The translations under genes and the position numbers were made by a program. The notes beneath the pieces are model-generated. The model saw nothing but the letters and a program-made list of their open reading frames with translations. It was not told the DNA's origin and did no database searches. This document shows, piece after piece, positions 28,057 through 37,097 of a DNA stretch of 64,000 bases. Origin of the DNA: a virus (Duplodnaviria; Caudoviricetes); the IMG/VR virus record IMGVR_UViG_3300020050_007362, positions 11,369 to 75,368 of that record; one strand, written 5' to 3'. Numbering within the stretch: the first letter of the stretch is position 1; every line of letters begins with the position of its first letter.

Positions 28057-29157
28057 TTAATATCGAGAGTTAAACGGTACGCCTGAACCGTCTGTTAAGG
28101 CTACAAATTTCTGTAACCCATCCTGATAAACTAAAGCGGTTGAGCATTTATCTCCCATAGCAAAAGATGCTTTATCAGAAGATATATTGGCAAAGGGTAG
28201 AGCTCTACAAACACCCCATTTAGTGTGCATATAAACCGTTTTATCAGTCCCTCTAGCAAATGGTCTTCCTGATATAACGCCATAAGTTGCCAAAGTAGTC
28301 AATACATCCCCGTCAAACACATATATTACGCTATCTGTACCGATAATAAGACCGCCATTAGCGGACATCATTCCGCGCACTTCTCCGGGTACTACAATAT
28401 AACCATTAATGGCATCGTAAATATGGTATAGAAAAGGATCGGAAAACCAAATGACTGTTGAACCGTTACTTTGCGCTTGGCTTACCCATAACCGGCTATC
28501 GTGAAAAGCTATTTGCTTTACTTTATCCGGAAACGGTTGTGATATTGTTTGATATTGGGCTAATTGAATGCCCTCCGCGTTGTAGTACACGGCGCCATCT
28601 ACATCCGTGATATAAACAATAGCAGTAAATCCAACAGGTGCTACTATAGGCAATACAGAAAATCCACCGGTAGTTGTTAGTTCTATTGAGGATATAGGGG
28701 AAGAACCTCCCTCCATGCCGTCAGCTGATCGATACGTGTAACAAACACTGTACGTGCCGGCAAAACTATTTCCGCTTGTAGCGATTAAATTTGGAGGTAT
28801 TTCAGGGCTTGGTATTTTAATATTAATAGCAATATCATTTTGAATCTTCAAACCATCGTTAGTAAAAAGCACTTCACCGAAGTCTGTAAATTCTGTTGCC
28901 GTTGATGGGCAAATGGGTATGAGCGTTAGATCATCTCGTACTCTATTTAAAATACCGTTTGATATGATGTATACAGATTGATCAAAAGTTGAATACGCAG
29001 TTGATATAGAGACTGATTTAGCTAAAGAACAACCATTACGTTGGCTAATAGCGCCTTCTACCGAGATATCTACGTTAACTGCTTCAGAACAAGCGTTGTT
29101 TGGTATCGATCTAATAGGTTCGGTGTTTCTAATACCGAGAAACTTTGATACCAACAT
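28057..29157 (-). CDS. putative tail nozzle/stabilisation-type beta-propeller virion protein
   Basis: FLGIRN...AVNVDIS N-terminus; beta-rich; downstream of the adaptor. Confidence 0.45.
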   Translation of the reverse strand: MLVSKFLGIRNTEPIRSIPNNACSEAVNVDISVEGAISQRNGCSLAKSVSISTAYSTFDQSVYIISNGILNRVRDDLTLIPICPSTATEFTDFGEVLFTNDGLKIQNDIAINIKIPSPEIPPNLIATSGNSFAGTYSVCYTYRSADGMEGGSSPISSIELTTTGGFSVLPIVAPVGFTAIVYITDVDGAVYYNAEGIQLAQYQTISQPFPDKVKQIAFHDSRLWVSQAQSNGSTVIWFSDPFLYHIYDAINGYIVVPGEVRGMMSANGGLIIGTDSVIYVFDGDVLTTLATYGVISGRPFARGTDKTVYMHTKWGVCRALPFANISSDKASFAMGDKCSTALVYQDGLQKFVALTDGSGVPFNSRY

Positions 29158-29224
29158 TTTGAAACCCTCTTATCGGGTGGATAATTTATTTAACGTATAT
29201 AAATACTATTTATACGTGCTAATG

Positions 29225-29503
29225 TCAATGAACTTTATCGCCGAAGAAATACACAAAGGCTGCAAACAGAGCACCAACTGTAAAAACAATGCCGCCGAAG
29301 AACCCTTTATGTTTTTCCCCGTCTTTTTTTAATTCGTCTAACGCATCAAATATTCTATCGGATTGCCTACGGTTTTCTTCTTTGTCGTCGTTCAATTCAC
29401 GACATAGACCGTCTATTCTTTGTTCGACTTTAGCTAATCTGCAATTTATATCTGCCATTACTACACACCTTTTATTGCTTTCGCATTCCGTATATTGTGG
29501 CAT
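29225..29503 (-). CDS. putative holin-like protein (coiled coil plus C-terminal transmembrane helix)
   Basis: Charged coiled coil followed by FFGGIVFTVGALFAAFVYFF. Confidence 0.4.
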   Translation of the reverse strand: MPQYTECESNKRCVVMADINCRLAKVEQRIDGLCRELNDDKEENRRQSDRIFDALDELKKDGEKHKGFFGGIVFTVGALFAAFVYFFGDKVH

Positions 29504-29530
29504 AGTAACTTCTTTTGCCTTTGCACTATT

Positions 29531-29887
29531 TTAACTTAAAAACCGCAACTTATACAAAGTAGAAAGATATGTTTCTTCCACAACATCAATTAAATTTTGA
29601 ATTGCTGTATGTTCTTTTGAACATACTTTATATCTGTTTTCTTTAATCCATTCTAAATGGCTGGTTAGCTCATCTATTATTGGCATATCGCCGCTATGTC
29701 CAAGAATAGCCATATTAGTTAATAAACCGTATTTACCTTGATACGCTTCGGCTATAGCATCCGCATTATCTACAATAGCACTGTAGAAACCGTTTAAAGC
29801 CATATGTTGTGCATAAGACTTTGTTTTTAAGTGTTCTCTGTGTGCTATGTCACGCGCAAAGAATAAAAGCGATATTAAATGTTCCAT
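29531..29887 (-). CDS. ferritin/Dps-like four-helix protein (DUF5856-like)
   Basis: AHREHLKTKSYAQHMALNGFYSAIVDNADAIAEAYQGKYG...TLYKLRFL. Confidence 0.55.
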   Translation of the reverse strand: MEHLISLLFFARDIAHREHLKTKSYAQHMALNGFYSAIVDNADAIAEAYQGKYGLLTNMAILGHSGDMPIIDELTSHLEWIKENRYKVCSKEHTAIQNLIDVVEETYLSTLYKLRFLS

Positions 29888-29917
29888 TTGGAGTCCTTAT
29901 ACTATTATTAAATATTA

Positions 29918-30613
29918 TTAGTATAGTATCATTTCAATAGGATTGTCGGTTTGACGTTCCCGTATTACAACCGAAGGAAGCCTTTCTCCAAATCGATCGG
30001 TAAAAATCTGTAAATCTCGTTGTGACCTTTTAGGGTCAAACGTATCGGTATCTCTTTTTAAATAAGCTAATCCGGTTATTCCGTAAATCAAATCGGGTTG
30101 AAACATTTCATCTATTTCTGGAATATCGTCACTTACTTCTAGTATATTAGGTAGACGTACAATACTTAACATCGCAGTATCAGCTACTGTTGGCGTACCT
30201 ATAAAAGTAATAGCTCTTACGTACATCCCTGAATAATCCCCGGTTCCTGCTTTAGTTTGATCAAGTGCATAGGCATACGGAGAACCTAATTGAGTAGGGA
30301 TACTGTTAGTATTTCTTTCAATGCTGCTAAAACTGGTACGGGTAAGAGGATATTGAGGTTGTGAGGCTAGATAAACGCTTCTAACTGAAAGCGCATTGCT
30401 GGGCAATGCGTATTTGGCTTTCCATGTTAAGTCTACGTTCTGAGTAAAGACAACAGGGACATCATCTTGTACTGATAAATTTGCACGTATAGCGGCATCC
30501 GCTATCGTATCGTTGATACAGTCTATTAACTCTGCATCTGACCATAGGTAAGGAGCCACCGAGTCATCTAAGCGTGATCTAGTTCTGCGGAGCAGGTCTG
30601 CAAGCGTTAGCAT
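29918..30613 (-). CDS. putative head-tail adaptor protein
   Basis: LLRRTRSRLDD..PYLWSDAELIDCINDTI; position downstream of the capsid genes. Confidence 0.6.
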   Translation of the reverse strand: MLTLADLLRRTRSRLDDSVAPYLWSDAELIDCINDTIADAAIRANLSVQDDVPVVFTQNVDLTWKAKYALPSNALSVRSVYLASQPQYPLTRTSFSSIERNTNSIPTQLGSPYAYALDQTKAGTGDYSGMYVRAITFIGTPTVADTAMLSIVRLPNILEVSDDIPEIDEMFQPDLIYGITGLAYLKRDTDTFDPKRSQRDLQIFTDRFGERLPSVVIRERQTDNPIEMILY

Positions 30614-30662
30614 GTTATCGGTGTCCTAACTGTTTGGCCTGATTTTTACATCAGGTAGGTGT

Positions 30663-30875
30663 TTAAGCTATATCTTCCGCTGTTTCTACAGAAGGTTCTT
30701 CTACTTTGGCAGAAGCTGCTATTTTAGCAGATACTGACGTTTTAGTAGGAGCTTTTACTTTAACTTCTTCTAAAGATTCACCGTTTTTATCAAACTTTTC
30801 ACCATCTTGCATATAAGCAATTGGTGCATTAATAGGGTCAATTTCTGAATAAGGTCTTGATCTATCGAGCGACAT
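30663..30875 (-). CDS. hypothetical protein
   Basis: 70-aa ORF within the operon. Confidence 0.55.
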   Translation of the reverse strand: MSLDRSRPYSEIDPINAPIAYMQDGEKFDKNGESLEEVKVKAPTKTSVSAKIAASAKVEEPSVETAEDIA

Positions 30876-31107
30876 CTGGAGTATTCCTTCCTGGTATTTT
30901 AGTCATGCTTGGGGTTTCTTCATTTTCAAAACGTCGACCATGCCCATAACTTGTTCCATAGCTTGTATCATCCCAAGCGGTACCCGTTCTAGCGCATGAA
31001 GAGCCTTCGTCTATAAAACCTGTCTGAACAGGGTCTTTAGCCGGATCATCATTGTAATGACCGGCATCAAGACCATTCAAGACAATACTTGCTTGAATGG
31101 TAATCAT
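30862..31107 (-). CDS. hypothetical protein
   Basis: 81-aa ORF coupled to its neighbours. Confidence 0.55.
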   Translation of the reverse strand: MITIQASIVLNGLDAGHYNDDPAKDPVQTGFIDEGSSCARTGTAWDDTSYGTSYGHGRRFENEETPSMTKIPGRNTPDVAR

Positions 31108-31109
31108 AA

Positions 31110-31331
31110 TTAACGTAAAAAGTTAAAACTTTTGCCGTTACCTGATACTGATTCAGTTATCTTTTCTTGACGGAAAATAGAACCAGAAGTTTTTTGTTCT
31201 GCTTCAACGTTACCGCGTGGAAGTGATTCCACCATAGATAAACCATCAGTTACACCAGCTGATAAACCTGATTTAGGAAAGCTTGTGTTAACAGCCATTT
31301 TGTTGCTGTCATCTGCATTAAAATCTGCCAT
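31110..31331 (-). CDS. hypothetical protein
   Basis: 73-aa ORF with a GGAG SD. Confidence 0.6.
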   Translation of the reverse strand: MADFNADDSNKMAVNTSFPKSGLSAGVTDGLSMVESLPRGNVEAEQKTSGSIFRQEKITESVSGNGKSFNFLR

Positions 31332-31364
31332 GTTAATCTCCTTAAAGATTTTATGTTGTTTGTA

Positions 31365-31817
31365 TTAGAACCAGTCTAAAGTAATTTCAGCAATAGCCGC
31401 GCCAGCTGGCGTACCGCCAGTAGAAGCTGTCAAAGTGATCAGAGCTGGGCCAACTACCTCAGGAATGGTAGGTGTTCCAGAAATAGTATTAGATGTACCA
31501 GTTAAATTAACTGTACCGTAAACAGGGTTTGTGCCTCTGATGTATTGGCTGCTAAAACCGACCGCTGTGTTAACAGCAGCAGGTACCGCAGCAGTACCAA
31601 AATCAATAAAACCAGCTACGTTTACGTTACCGGCAACACCAACACCTAGTTTAGCAGGAGTAGTCGTACCAACAAAAGCAGTTGTTACAGAAGCACTAAT
31701 GCCAGCAACACGAAATTGAGTGCAACCTAGTGGAGGTGAAAGTGACCAAGTAGCAGTTGTTGCACCGGCAACAGTTCTAGTATAGGTTACAGTTTTTGGA
31801 TTTGCATATGATGCCAT
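31365..31817 (-). CDS. putative capsid decoration/cement protein
   Basis: 150 aa, beta-rich and Thr/Gly/Ala-rich; first gene after the MCP/HNH pair. Confidence 0.45.
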   Translation of the reverse strand: MASYANPKTVTYTRTVAGATTATWSLSPPLGCTQFRVAGISASVTTAFVGTTTPAKLGVGVAGNVNVAGFIDFGTAAVPAAVNTAVGFSSQYIRGTNPVYGTVNLTGTSNTISGTPTIPEVVGPALITLTASTGGTPAGAAIAEITLDWF

Positions 31818-31908
31818 GTTAAATATCCTTAAATTATCTATTTGTGTACACTTTAGTCTAATGACTGTTAAGTGCTATAACTTAGTAAACATTGTGTTAC
31901 CCAAAAAC

Positions 31909-32712
31909 TTACATTGCCGGGTTAGCGTTGTTTTCTATATACTTAAGCCTTGATGCTCGCATCTTAGCTCGTGTTTCTTCTGAAACACCTATCTTACCTT
32001 TGTTCCAAACTTCTTTACCTACAGAACCTTTGTTAACATGAGGTTTTCCTTTTTTAGCTAGGCTCATTTTCTGACGAGTCTCATCAGATATTACACCTTT
32101 TTTTCCTTTATTCCAAGGTTCTCTACTTAAAACCATGGTTTTAAACTGCGCCATTTGAGCTTCAGTTTTAATTTTGTAGCTACCGTTAGCTATTCTAGTG
32201 GCTCTTGTTTTAGCCGCTATTTCTTTATCGGTACCGTTTTCTCTTCGTTGTTCCCATGTTTTTCTTCTTGCTTCAGCCATATTTGCTTTAGCTTCATCAG
32301 AAAAACTTCTGCTTTTTGCAGTAAGTCTGGAAGTACGTATGTTTTCTATTTCTTCATTGGTTTTTTTACGACCTTTTTGTAATTTAGAAATAAATTTTGC
32401 TGCCCTAATTCTTAAATACTCAAATTCTTCTGCCGCTTCATCTAAGTTTAATGTTTTTCCTTGATGGCTTCTTATCATCCTAATACAAGCATTAGCTAAT
32501 CCATTATTATCAGGGTATATATCTGCTAATAATATATGTGCTTTAAAATGTTCTTTTATCGTTAATAAAACTAAATTACTTTTATCATTTGTTCCACCCA
32601 TACATCTGGGTTTAATATGGTGTTCCTCATATTTAAAAGGTTCCCATTTTATGTTTCGGTTTTTAGCTTTTTCTATCAGTTGTAGGTATTCTTTTTCTGC
32701 TTCTATCATCAT
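31909..32712 (-). mobile_element. free-standing HNH homing endonuclease with NUMOD3-like DNA-binding repeats
   Basis: YEEHHIKPRCMGGTNDKSNLVLLTIKEHFKAH; C-terminal SDETRQKMSLAKKGK and SEETRAKMR. Confidence 0.85.
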
Positions 32713-32825
32713 TACTACACACCTTAATATCTAGTTTTATAAATATTAAAGCATATAGTAATAATTTAAATAATCAATGCTTAAATGCAAGTATTGTTTA
32801 AATACTAGCTAAGTTATTGATTTTA

Positions 32826-33836
32826 TTAAGCTTGTGAGTCCCATTTTACTATTCTTCCGTTTGCAGCATCTGGATGGCTTAAACCGAAACCTTCCAAAGC
32901 ATACCAAGCGATAGCACGTTCTCTACCGAAATCACCAGGAATTTGACCACGGATTTCTTCAGGAATTGCAACACCTTCAGCAACAGTATCTGAACCCATA
33001 AAGAAAATCCAATCAGATTTAGCATTGTTCCATGCGTCAGCTGTACCGGTTTGTGGGTTGAAAGTAGTTGAATCAGCAGCGCCGCCAGCAGGAATGTGAG
33101 TTTGTTCGATAAAACGAACACCACGGTAACGACCGATTTCGCCGTTCTTGATTTGAGCAAGACCTGTTTCAGTGTAAGTTTGGATACCTTCCAAATCAGA
33201 TTTCAACTGAATGTAAGCAGACGGTCTGGCAATAGCCATGTAATCGCCGTTTTCATAAGCTGGAATACCACGTTCTTTCATCATTGTAGAAATAGGTTCT
33301 ACATGGCCTTTACCGAACGCAACGTTGTTGGTTTGGCTAGGTACACCATTAACTGATAAAGGATCGATTGCAGTAGTGCTGCTACCTGATAAAGGAGATA
33401 CTTTCAACAAAGTTTGGTTAAATTGAGTCCAAGCTGCAATATCCATAGTTTCAGCAACATCCAATTTCAGGATTTTGCGGATAACTTCTTTTACTGGTTG
33501 CTCAGATAAATCATCCAATTTGCCGGTGTATTCAACAGAGTTACCGAACTCACTCATTTTAGCTGAGTATTGAGCGATTTTAAAACCGCTAGTTGGCATT
33601 TTTTCTGTTTCGTCTAACGCTCTGCCTTTTTGAGACAGTTTAGTGTAAACGTTCCAAGACCAAGTGTCGCCACGGTGTTTACCTAAAAGATCACGACCAT
33701 CAGCATCGCTTTCTTTAACATCGCACAACTGTCTAAATTTAACTACGGGAAGGTTTTGTAGTCTCAGATATTGTGAAAGGTTAGGACTCCACATGTATCC
33801 ACCTTCGTCACTCACACTCCAGATTTGTCCAGCCAT
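32826..33836 (-). CDS. major capsid protein, N4-gp56 family-like
   Basis: 336 aa; GEIGRYRGVRFIEQT and GDFGRERAIAWYALEGFG motifs; follows the scaffold; GGAG SD. Confidence 0.85.
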   Translation of the reverse strand: MAGQIWSVSDEGGYMWSPNLSQYLRLQNLPVVKFRQLCDVKESDADGRDLLGKHRGDTWSWNVYTKLSQKGRALDETEKMPTSGFKIAQYSAKMSEFGNSVEYTGKLDDLSEQPVKEVIRKILKLDVAETMDIAAWTQFNQTLLKVSPLSGSSTTAIDPLSVNGVPSQTNNVAFGKGHVEPISTMMKERGIPAYENGDYMAIARPSAYIQLKSDLEGIQTYTETGLAQIKNGEIGRYRGVRFIEQTHIPAGGAADSTTFNPQTGTADAWNNAKSDWIFFMGSDTVAEGVAIPEEIRGQIPGDFGRERAIAWYALEGFGLSHPDAANGRIVKWDSQA

Positions 33837-33922
33837 TTTGTATTGCTCCTACTTATTACATTCGGTTTTTTAAACTTTCCGAACGGGATTATTCCGCCTC
33901 TCGACGAAAGGTTAAAAAAATA

Positions 33923-34912
33923 TTATGCTTGGTTACGTCTTGCTTTCATATCCGCTATTGCACTTGAGCGAGTTGCTTGAGGTGCTTCTTCTGGCGGTGC
34001 TACTTTAGCAGACGCTGAAGGAATAGACGGGATATTACGTTTTCTTGCTTTACGTTCTTCCATGCCGGGCATCTCAGTAACGTTTGCTGCTTCAGGAGCC
34101 GCTTCAGGAGCTGCTTCTGCTGCCATCGGCATTTCTTCAGCAGGTTCTTCAGCAGGTTCTTCAACTGGTGCTGGTGCTTCAACAGGTGCTGGTGCTGCTG
34201 CGCTTTCAGGATATAGATCGGCAACTGCTTTGCGTAAAGCGTCAGCTTCACGATCACCGTTTTGCCAATAGATATCTTTTAAAGCTAAAACTTTATCTGC
34301 TTCAATACCGTCTACGTTCAATTCAGGATGAAGAGCAGCTAATTCTTTAGCAGTATCTAAATATTCTTGTTCATCTTTAGAAGCTTGAGCATCAGATACT
34401 GACCTGTGCGAATTTTCTTTGTACCGGTGCTCATGAAGTTGCTTGTATAACATCTTAGCAGAATCAAGATCACCAAAGGCTAGTGCTTCGTGATACTGAT
34501 CAATCAATTCGTCATGGCCAGCGCCTTCAGGTGGTTGGTACTCACCGGTTGGTTTGCTTTCAGCTTCGGGTGCAGCACCTTCACCTTCTGGTGTATACGC
34601 TTCAGCTTCAGCTTCGCCTTCAGCTTCGGGTTCAGCTTCAGCTTCGCCTTCAGGCTCACCTTCCATTTCAGGTTGGCCTTCTGGTTCTTTAGCCTCTTCA
34701 TTGACCATTGCTACTTCTTTTTCTGCTTCAGCAACGATACCGCCTTCTGCTTCTGCTGCCGGTGCTTCTGCTGGCATATCTGCTGGCATATCTGCTGGGG
34801 TTTCTGAAACAACTTCTTCAGGTACGCCTCTTTTAGCAGCTACTTTTTTACCGGCTCTGTCACGAGCTTGGGCATTAGCATCGACTGGTGGAACTTTATT
34901 TTTTACGGCCAT
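33923..34912 (-). CDS. capsid scaffolding protein
   Basis: Highly acidic Ala/Glu/Pro-rich protein immediately upstream of the MCP; start revised to MAVKNKVPP (AGGA SD). Confidence 0.7.
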   Translation of the reverse strand: MAVKNKVPPVDANAQARDRAGKKVAAKRGVPEEVVSETPADMPADMPAEAPAAEAEGGIVAEAEKEVAMVNEEAKEPEGQPEMEGEPEGEAEAEPEAEGEAEAEAYTPEGEGAAPEAESKPTGEYQPPEGAGHDELIDQYHEALAFGDLDSAKMLYKQLHEHRYKENSHRSVSDAQASKDEQEYLDTAKELAALHPELNVDGIEADKVLALKDIYWQNGDREADALRKAVADLYPESAAAPAPVEAPAPVEEPAEEPAEEMPMAAEAAPEAAPEAANVTEMPGMEERKARKRNIPSIPSASAKVAPPEEAPQATRSSAIADMKARRNQA

Positions 34913-34965
34913 GTTAGAAATCCTGCTCTGGGAAAGGTCTAGCTTTACAGCTATACGTTGGATAA

Positions 34966-34994
34966 TTGATAACATTATTACTTTTTAATGTCAA
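34966..34994 (-). promoter_or_regulatory. sigma70-like promoter for the scaffold/capsid genes
   Basis: Minus strand TTGACA-17 bp-TATCAA with a TG extended -10. Confidence 0.55.
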
Positions 34995-35058
34995 CGTTTT
35001 TACTTATATACTTTACTTAGGTTTTGTTCTATATTCTTTAAAATTATAGGAGATTAAA

Positions 35059-35214
35059 ATGCCAAGTACCAGTTTAAAACAACACCGCCTCATGTTAGCT
35101 GCCGCTCATAACCCAGCATTTGCAAAGAAAGTGGGTATACCTCCATCAGTCGGTAAAGACTTTATGGAGGCGGATAAAGCAAAAGGTATTTTCAAATCCC
35201 GTTCTAAAAAATAA
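35059..35214 (+). CDS. small basic phage protein (MPSTS...HNPAFAKKVGIP family), not in the ORF track
   Basis: 51 aa MPSTSLKQHRLMLAAAHNPAFAKKVGIPPSVGKDFMEADKAKG...; GGAG SD at 35049-35052. Confidence 0.75.
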   Translation: MPSTSLKQHRLMLAAAHNPAFAKKVGIPPSVGKDFMEADKAKGIFKSRSKK

Positions 35215-35217
35215 CAT

Positions 35218-35934
35218 TTATATTAAGTTTTTTAATGGGTAATCTTTATACCTATCCAAACCATCTAAATAAGAGGGGTTAAAATCACCCTCTTTAGGTA
35301 TTAGTTTAGGGTCTATTTCAAAAGTTACTGTAAATTTACCATTATGTATTTTAGGTATTAACGTTCCGACACCATATATCTCAAACTTTCTAAGGTCTCT
35401 AAGCTCGTTAGCTATTACGCCTTCTATAGCAGCTGAGAAAAAACGCCCTTCTGCAACTGTAGTTCCGGTTACTTCTGCAAGTAATTGCTCTAAACGTTCT
35501 CTATCAAGGGCGAGGGTCTTATCAAACTTCCTTTCCCGCATCCATTTTCTTAACCTAGCCCATTCTTCCCTGTCATTTAGCATATCCAGCTTGTATTCTA
35601 TCCATCTTTCTTTGTTATCCCTGTAATTTTTACGTCTTACTAGCTGATGCTTGACTTGCAAAGACCACATTCGCTTTTGTGCTCGGTGATTTGAAGTTTG
35701 CTGACGGCGCAAAGCTAATTCCGCTTCAGCTTCTTTTCTAGCGTTTTCAATAACGGCAAGAAGCCGGTTTCTTTCGGCTTTTGACTTTATATTTTCTTGT
35801 CTTTGGACTTTCATCCTTGCAAAAAGCTCTTGTCGCTCTTCTTTTGTTAAAGAAGCCCTCCATTCGTTAATTGCTCGCAACTGTAAAGCCGATCTTTTTC
35901 TATTCTCCTCTTCTGTGAGTTTTTTCTCCCCCAT
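35218..35934 (-). CDS. basic helical protein, possibly with an HU/IHF-like C-terminus
   Basis: 238 aa, Arg/Lys/Glu-rich; ends RKFEIYGVGTLIPK...FTVTFEIDPKL. Confidence 0.45.
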   Translation of the reverse strand: MGEKKLTEEENRKRSALQLRAINEWRASLTKEERQELFARMKVQRQENIKSKAERNRLLAVIENARKEAEAELALRRQQTSNHRAQKRMWSLQVKHQLVRRKNYRDNKERWIEYKLDMLNDREEWARLRKWMRERKFDKTLALDRERLEQLLAEVTGTTVAEGRFFSAAIEGVIANELRDLRKFEIYGVGTLIPKIHNGKFTVTFEIDPKLIPKEGDFNPSYLDGLDRYKDYPLKNLI

Positions 35935-35939
35935 AACCG

Positions 35940-36245
35940 CTATCTCCCATAGGAATCTTCTACTCTAATTGATTCTTCCGCTGCTGTTCCCGTAGAAATT
36001 GCCTCATCTAGCCACAAAAGGAACAAATCAGGGACTTTTGCAGCCCATTGTAGCTCTCTTATGGCATCAGAATCGATTGGGTTAGCGGTAGCCAGCTGTT
36101 CTAAGGCGTTAATTCGACATTGGTGCGCCCTTTCTACCAAATAAACACCTATTTTGCTATCTGCTATGAACCGTTCGGTGTCTAAACCAAGTGCAACGGC
36201 TTTAAAAGAGGGGTCATTACTGTATTGATTAACTTCTTGGTTCAT
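35940..36245 (-). CDS. hypothetical head-module protein
   Basis: 101-aa helical ORF. Confidence 0.6.
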   Translation of the reverse strand: MNQEVNQYSNDPSFKAVALGLDTERFIADSKIGVYLVERAHQCRINALEQLATANPIDSDAIRELQWAAKVPDLFLLWLDEAISTGTAAEESIRVEDSYGR

Positions 36246-36255
36246 TTTTTAACCC

Positions 36256-36903
36256 TTATCCTAAATATTCTGCAACAATTTCATTCAATATGACTTCTGC
36301 ATAAGCATTTACTTGGCCAAAGCGAGGGTCACGGACTTTATCAATAGGTATATTACGTTCTCGACTTAAATGCGCTGCTCTTTTACCGATAGTTTGTGCA
36401 TCTTTTAAAATTAAATGCTGAAGGTTGTTTAGATTTGCGTATCCTAAGACTGTAAAAAACTTTAACCCTTCAATTATAGCGTTTTGTCTGGCCAATACCT
36501 CTTTGTTTGATGTTTCCAATTCAGATAACCGTAAAGCTTGCTCTTTTTGCTCTTTTCTAACCGCCATAAGATGTTGAGCGGAGGCAATTACCATTTCAAG
36601 TTCATCCATTACTGGTTTATCCTGAATCGCTTCTAGTTCTTGCCAACGATCTATTATTGCTAAACGGTATTTAGCGGAATACCCAGTTATAATTAAGTCA
36701 CATTCTCTGCGTGGGAGATTAAAGCAACGTGATAATTTATTTTGCTTTGTTAAATACGAGCCGTTGAATTGAACGTGTCCTATTTCTGCTTCATCAAGTA
36801 TACGTCTAATGTCTTTTAAAACATTATCGTGGTTTTTATCAGTCAACTTAGCTATTTCTAAAGAAGACATAGTTATTACATTTACATTTATTAGTTCATT
36901 CAT
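36256..36903 (-). CDS. rha: Rha family phage regulatory protein
   Basis: MSSLEIAKLTDKNHDNVLKDIR...FNLPRRECDLIITGYSAKYRLAIIDRWQELE. Confidence 0.9.
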   Translation of the reverse strand: MNELINVNVITMSSLEIAKLTDKNHDNVLKDIRRILDEAEIGHVQFNGSYLTKQNKLSRCFNLPRRECDLIITGYSAKYRLAIIDRWQELEAIQDKPVMDELEMVIASAQHLMAVRKEQKEQALRLSELETSNKEVLARQNAIIEGLKFFTVLGYANLNNLQHLILKDAQTIGKRAAHLSRERNIPIDKVRDPRFGQVNAYAEVILNEIVAEYLG

Positions 36904-37097
36904 TTTCTTTCTCGCATAAAAAAAGCTTCTTTCCTAAGTCGGGTAGTAATGGCTAGAAAATGCGCCACCGACGTAAAGAAAAAAGCTTTGTTTAATTTTC
37001 TATTTAACGGTTACTACACCGACATTTTTACTATACAACGCATCGTTAAAAATACAATAAAAAAAGGATGCCTTTTTAGGGGCATCCATAGAGGGGG

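Noticed and set aside
31852-31881. Plus-strand promoter antisense to the HNH gene
   Set aside because: TG-C-TATAAC is present, but there is no credible -35; too weak in AT-rich DNA.
31817-32826. Group I intron housing the HNH gene
   Set aside because: Both flanking genes appear complete with their own start/stop, and no intron core was recognised.
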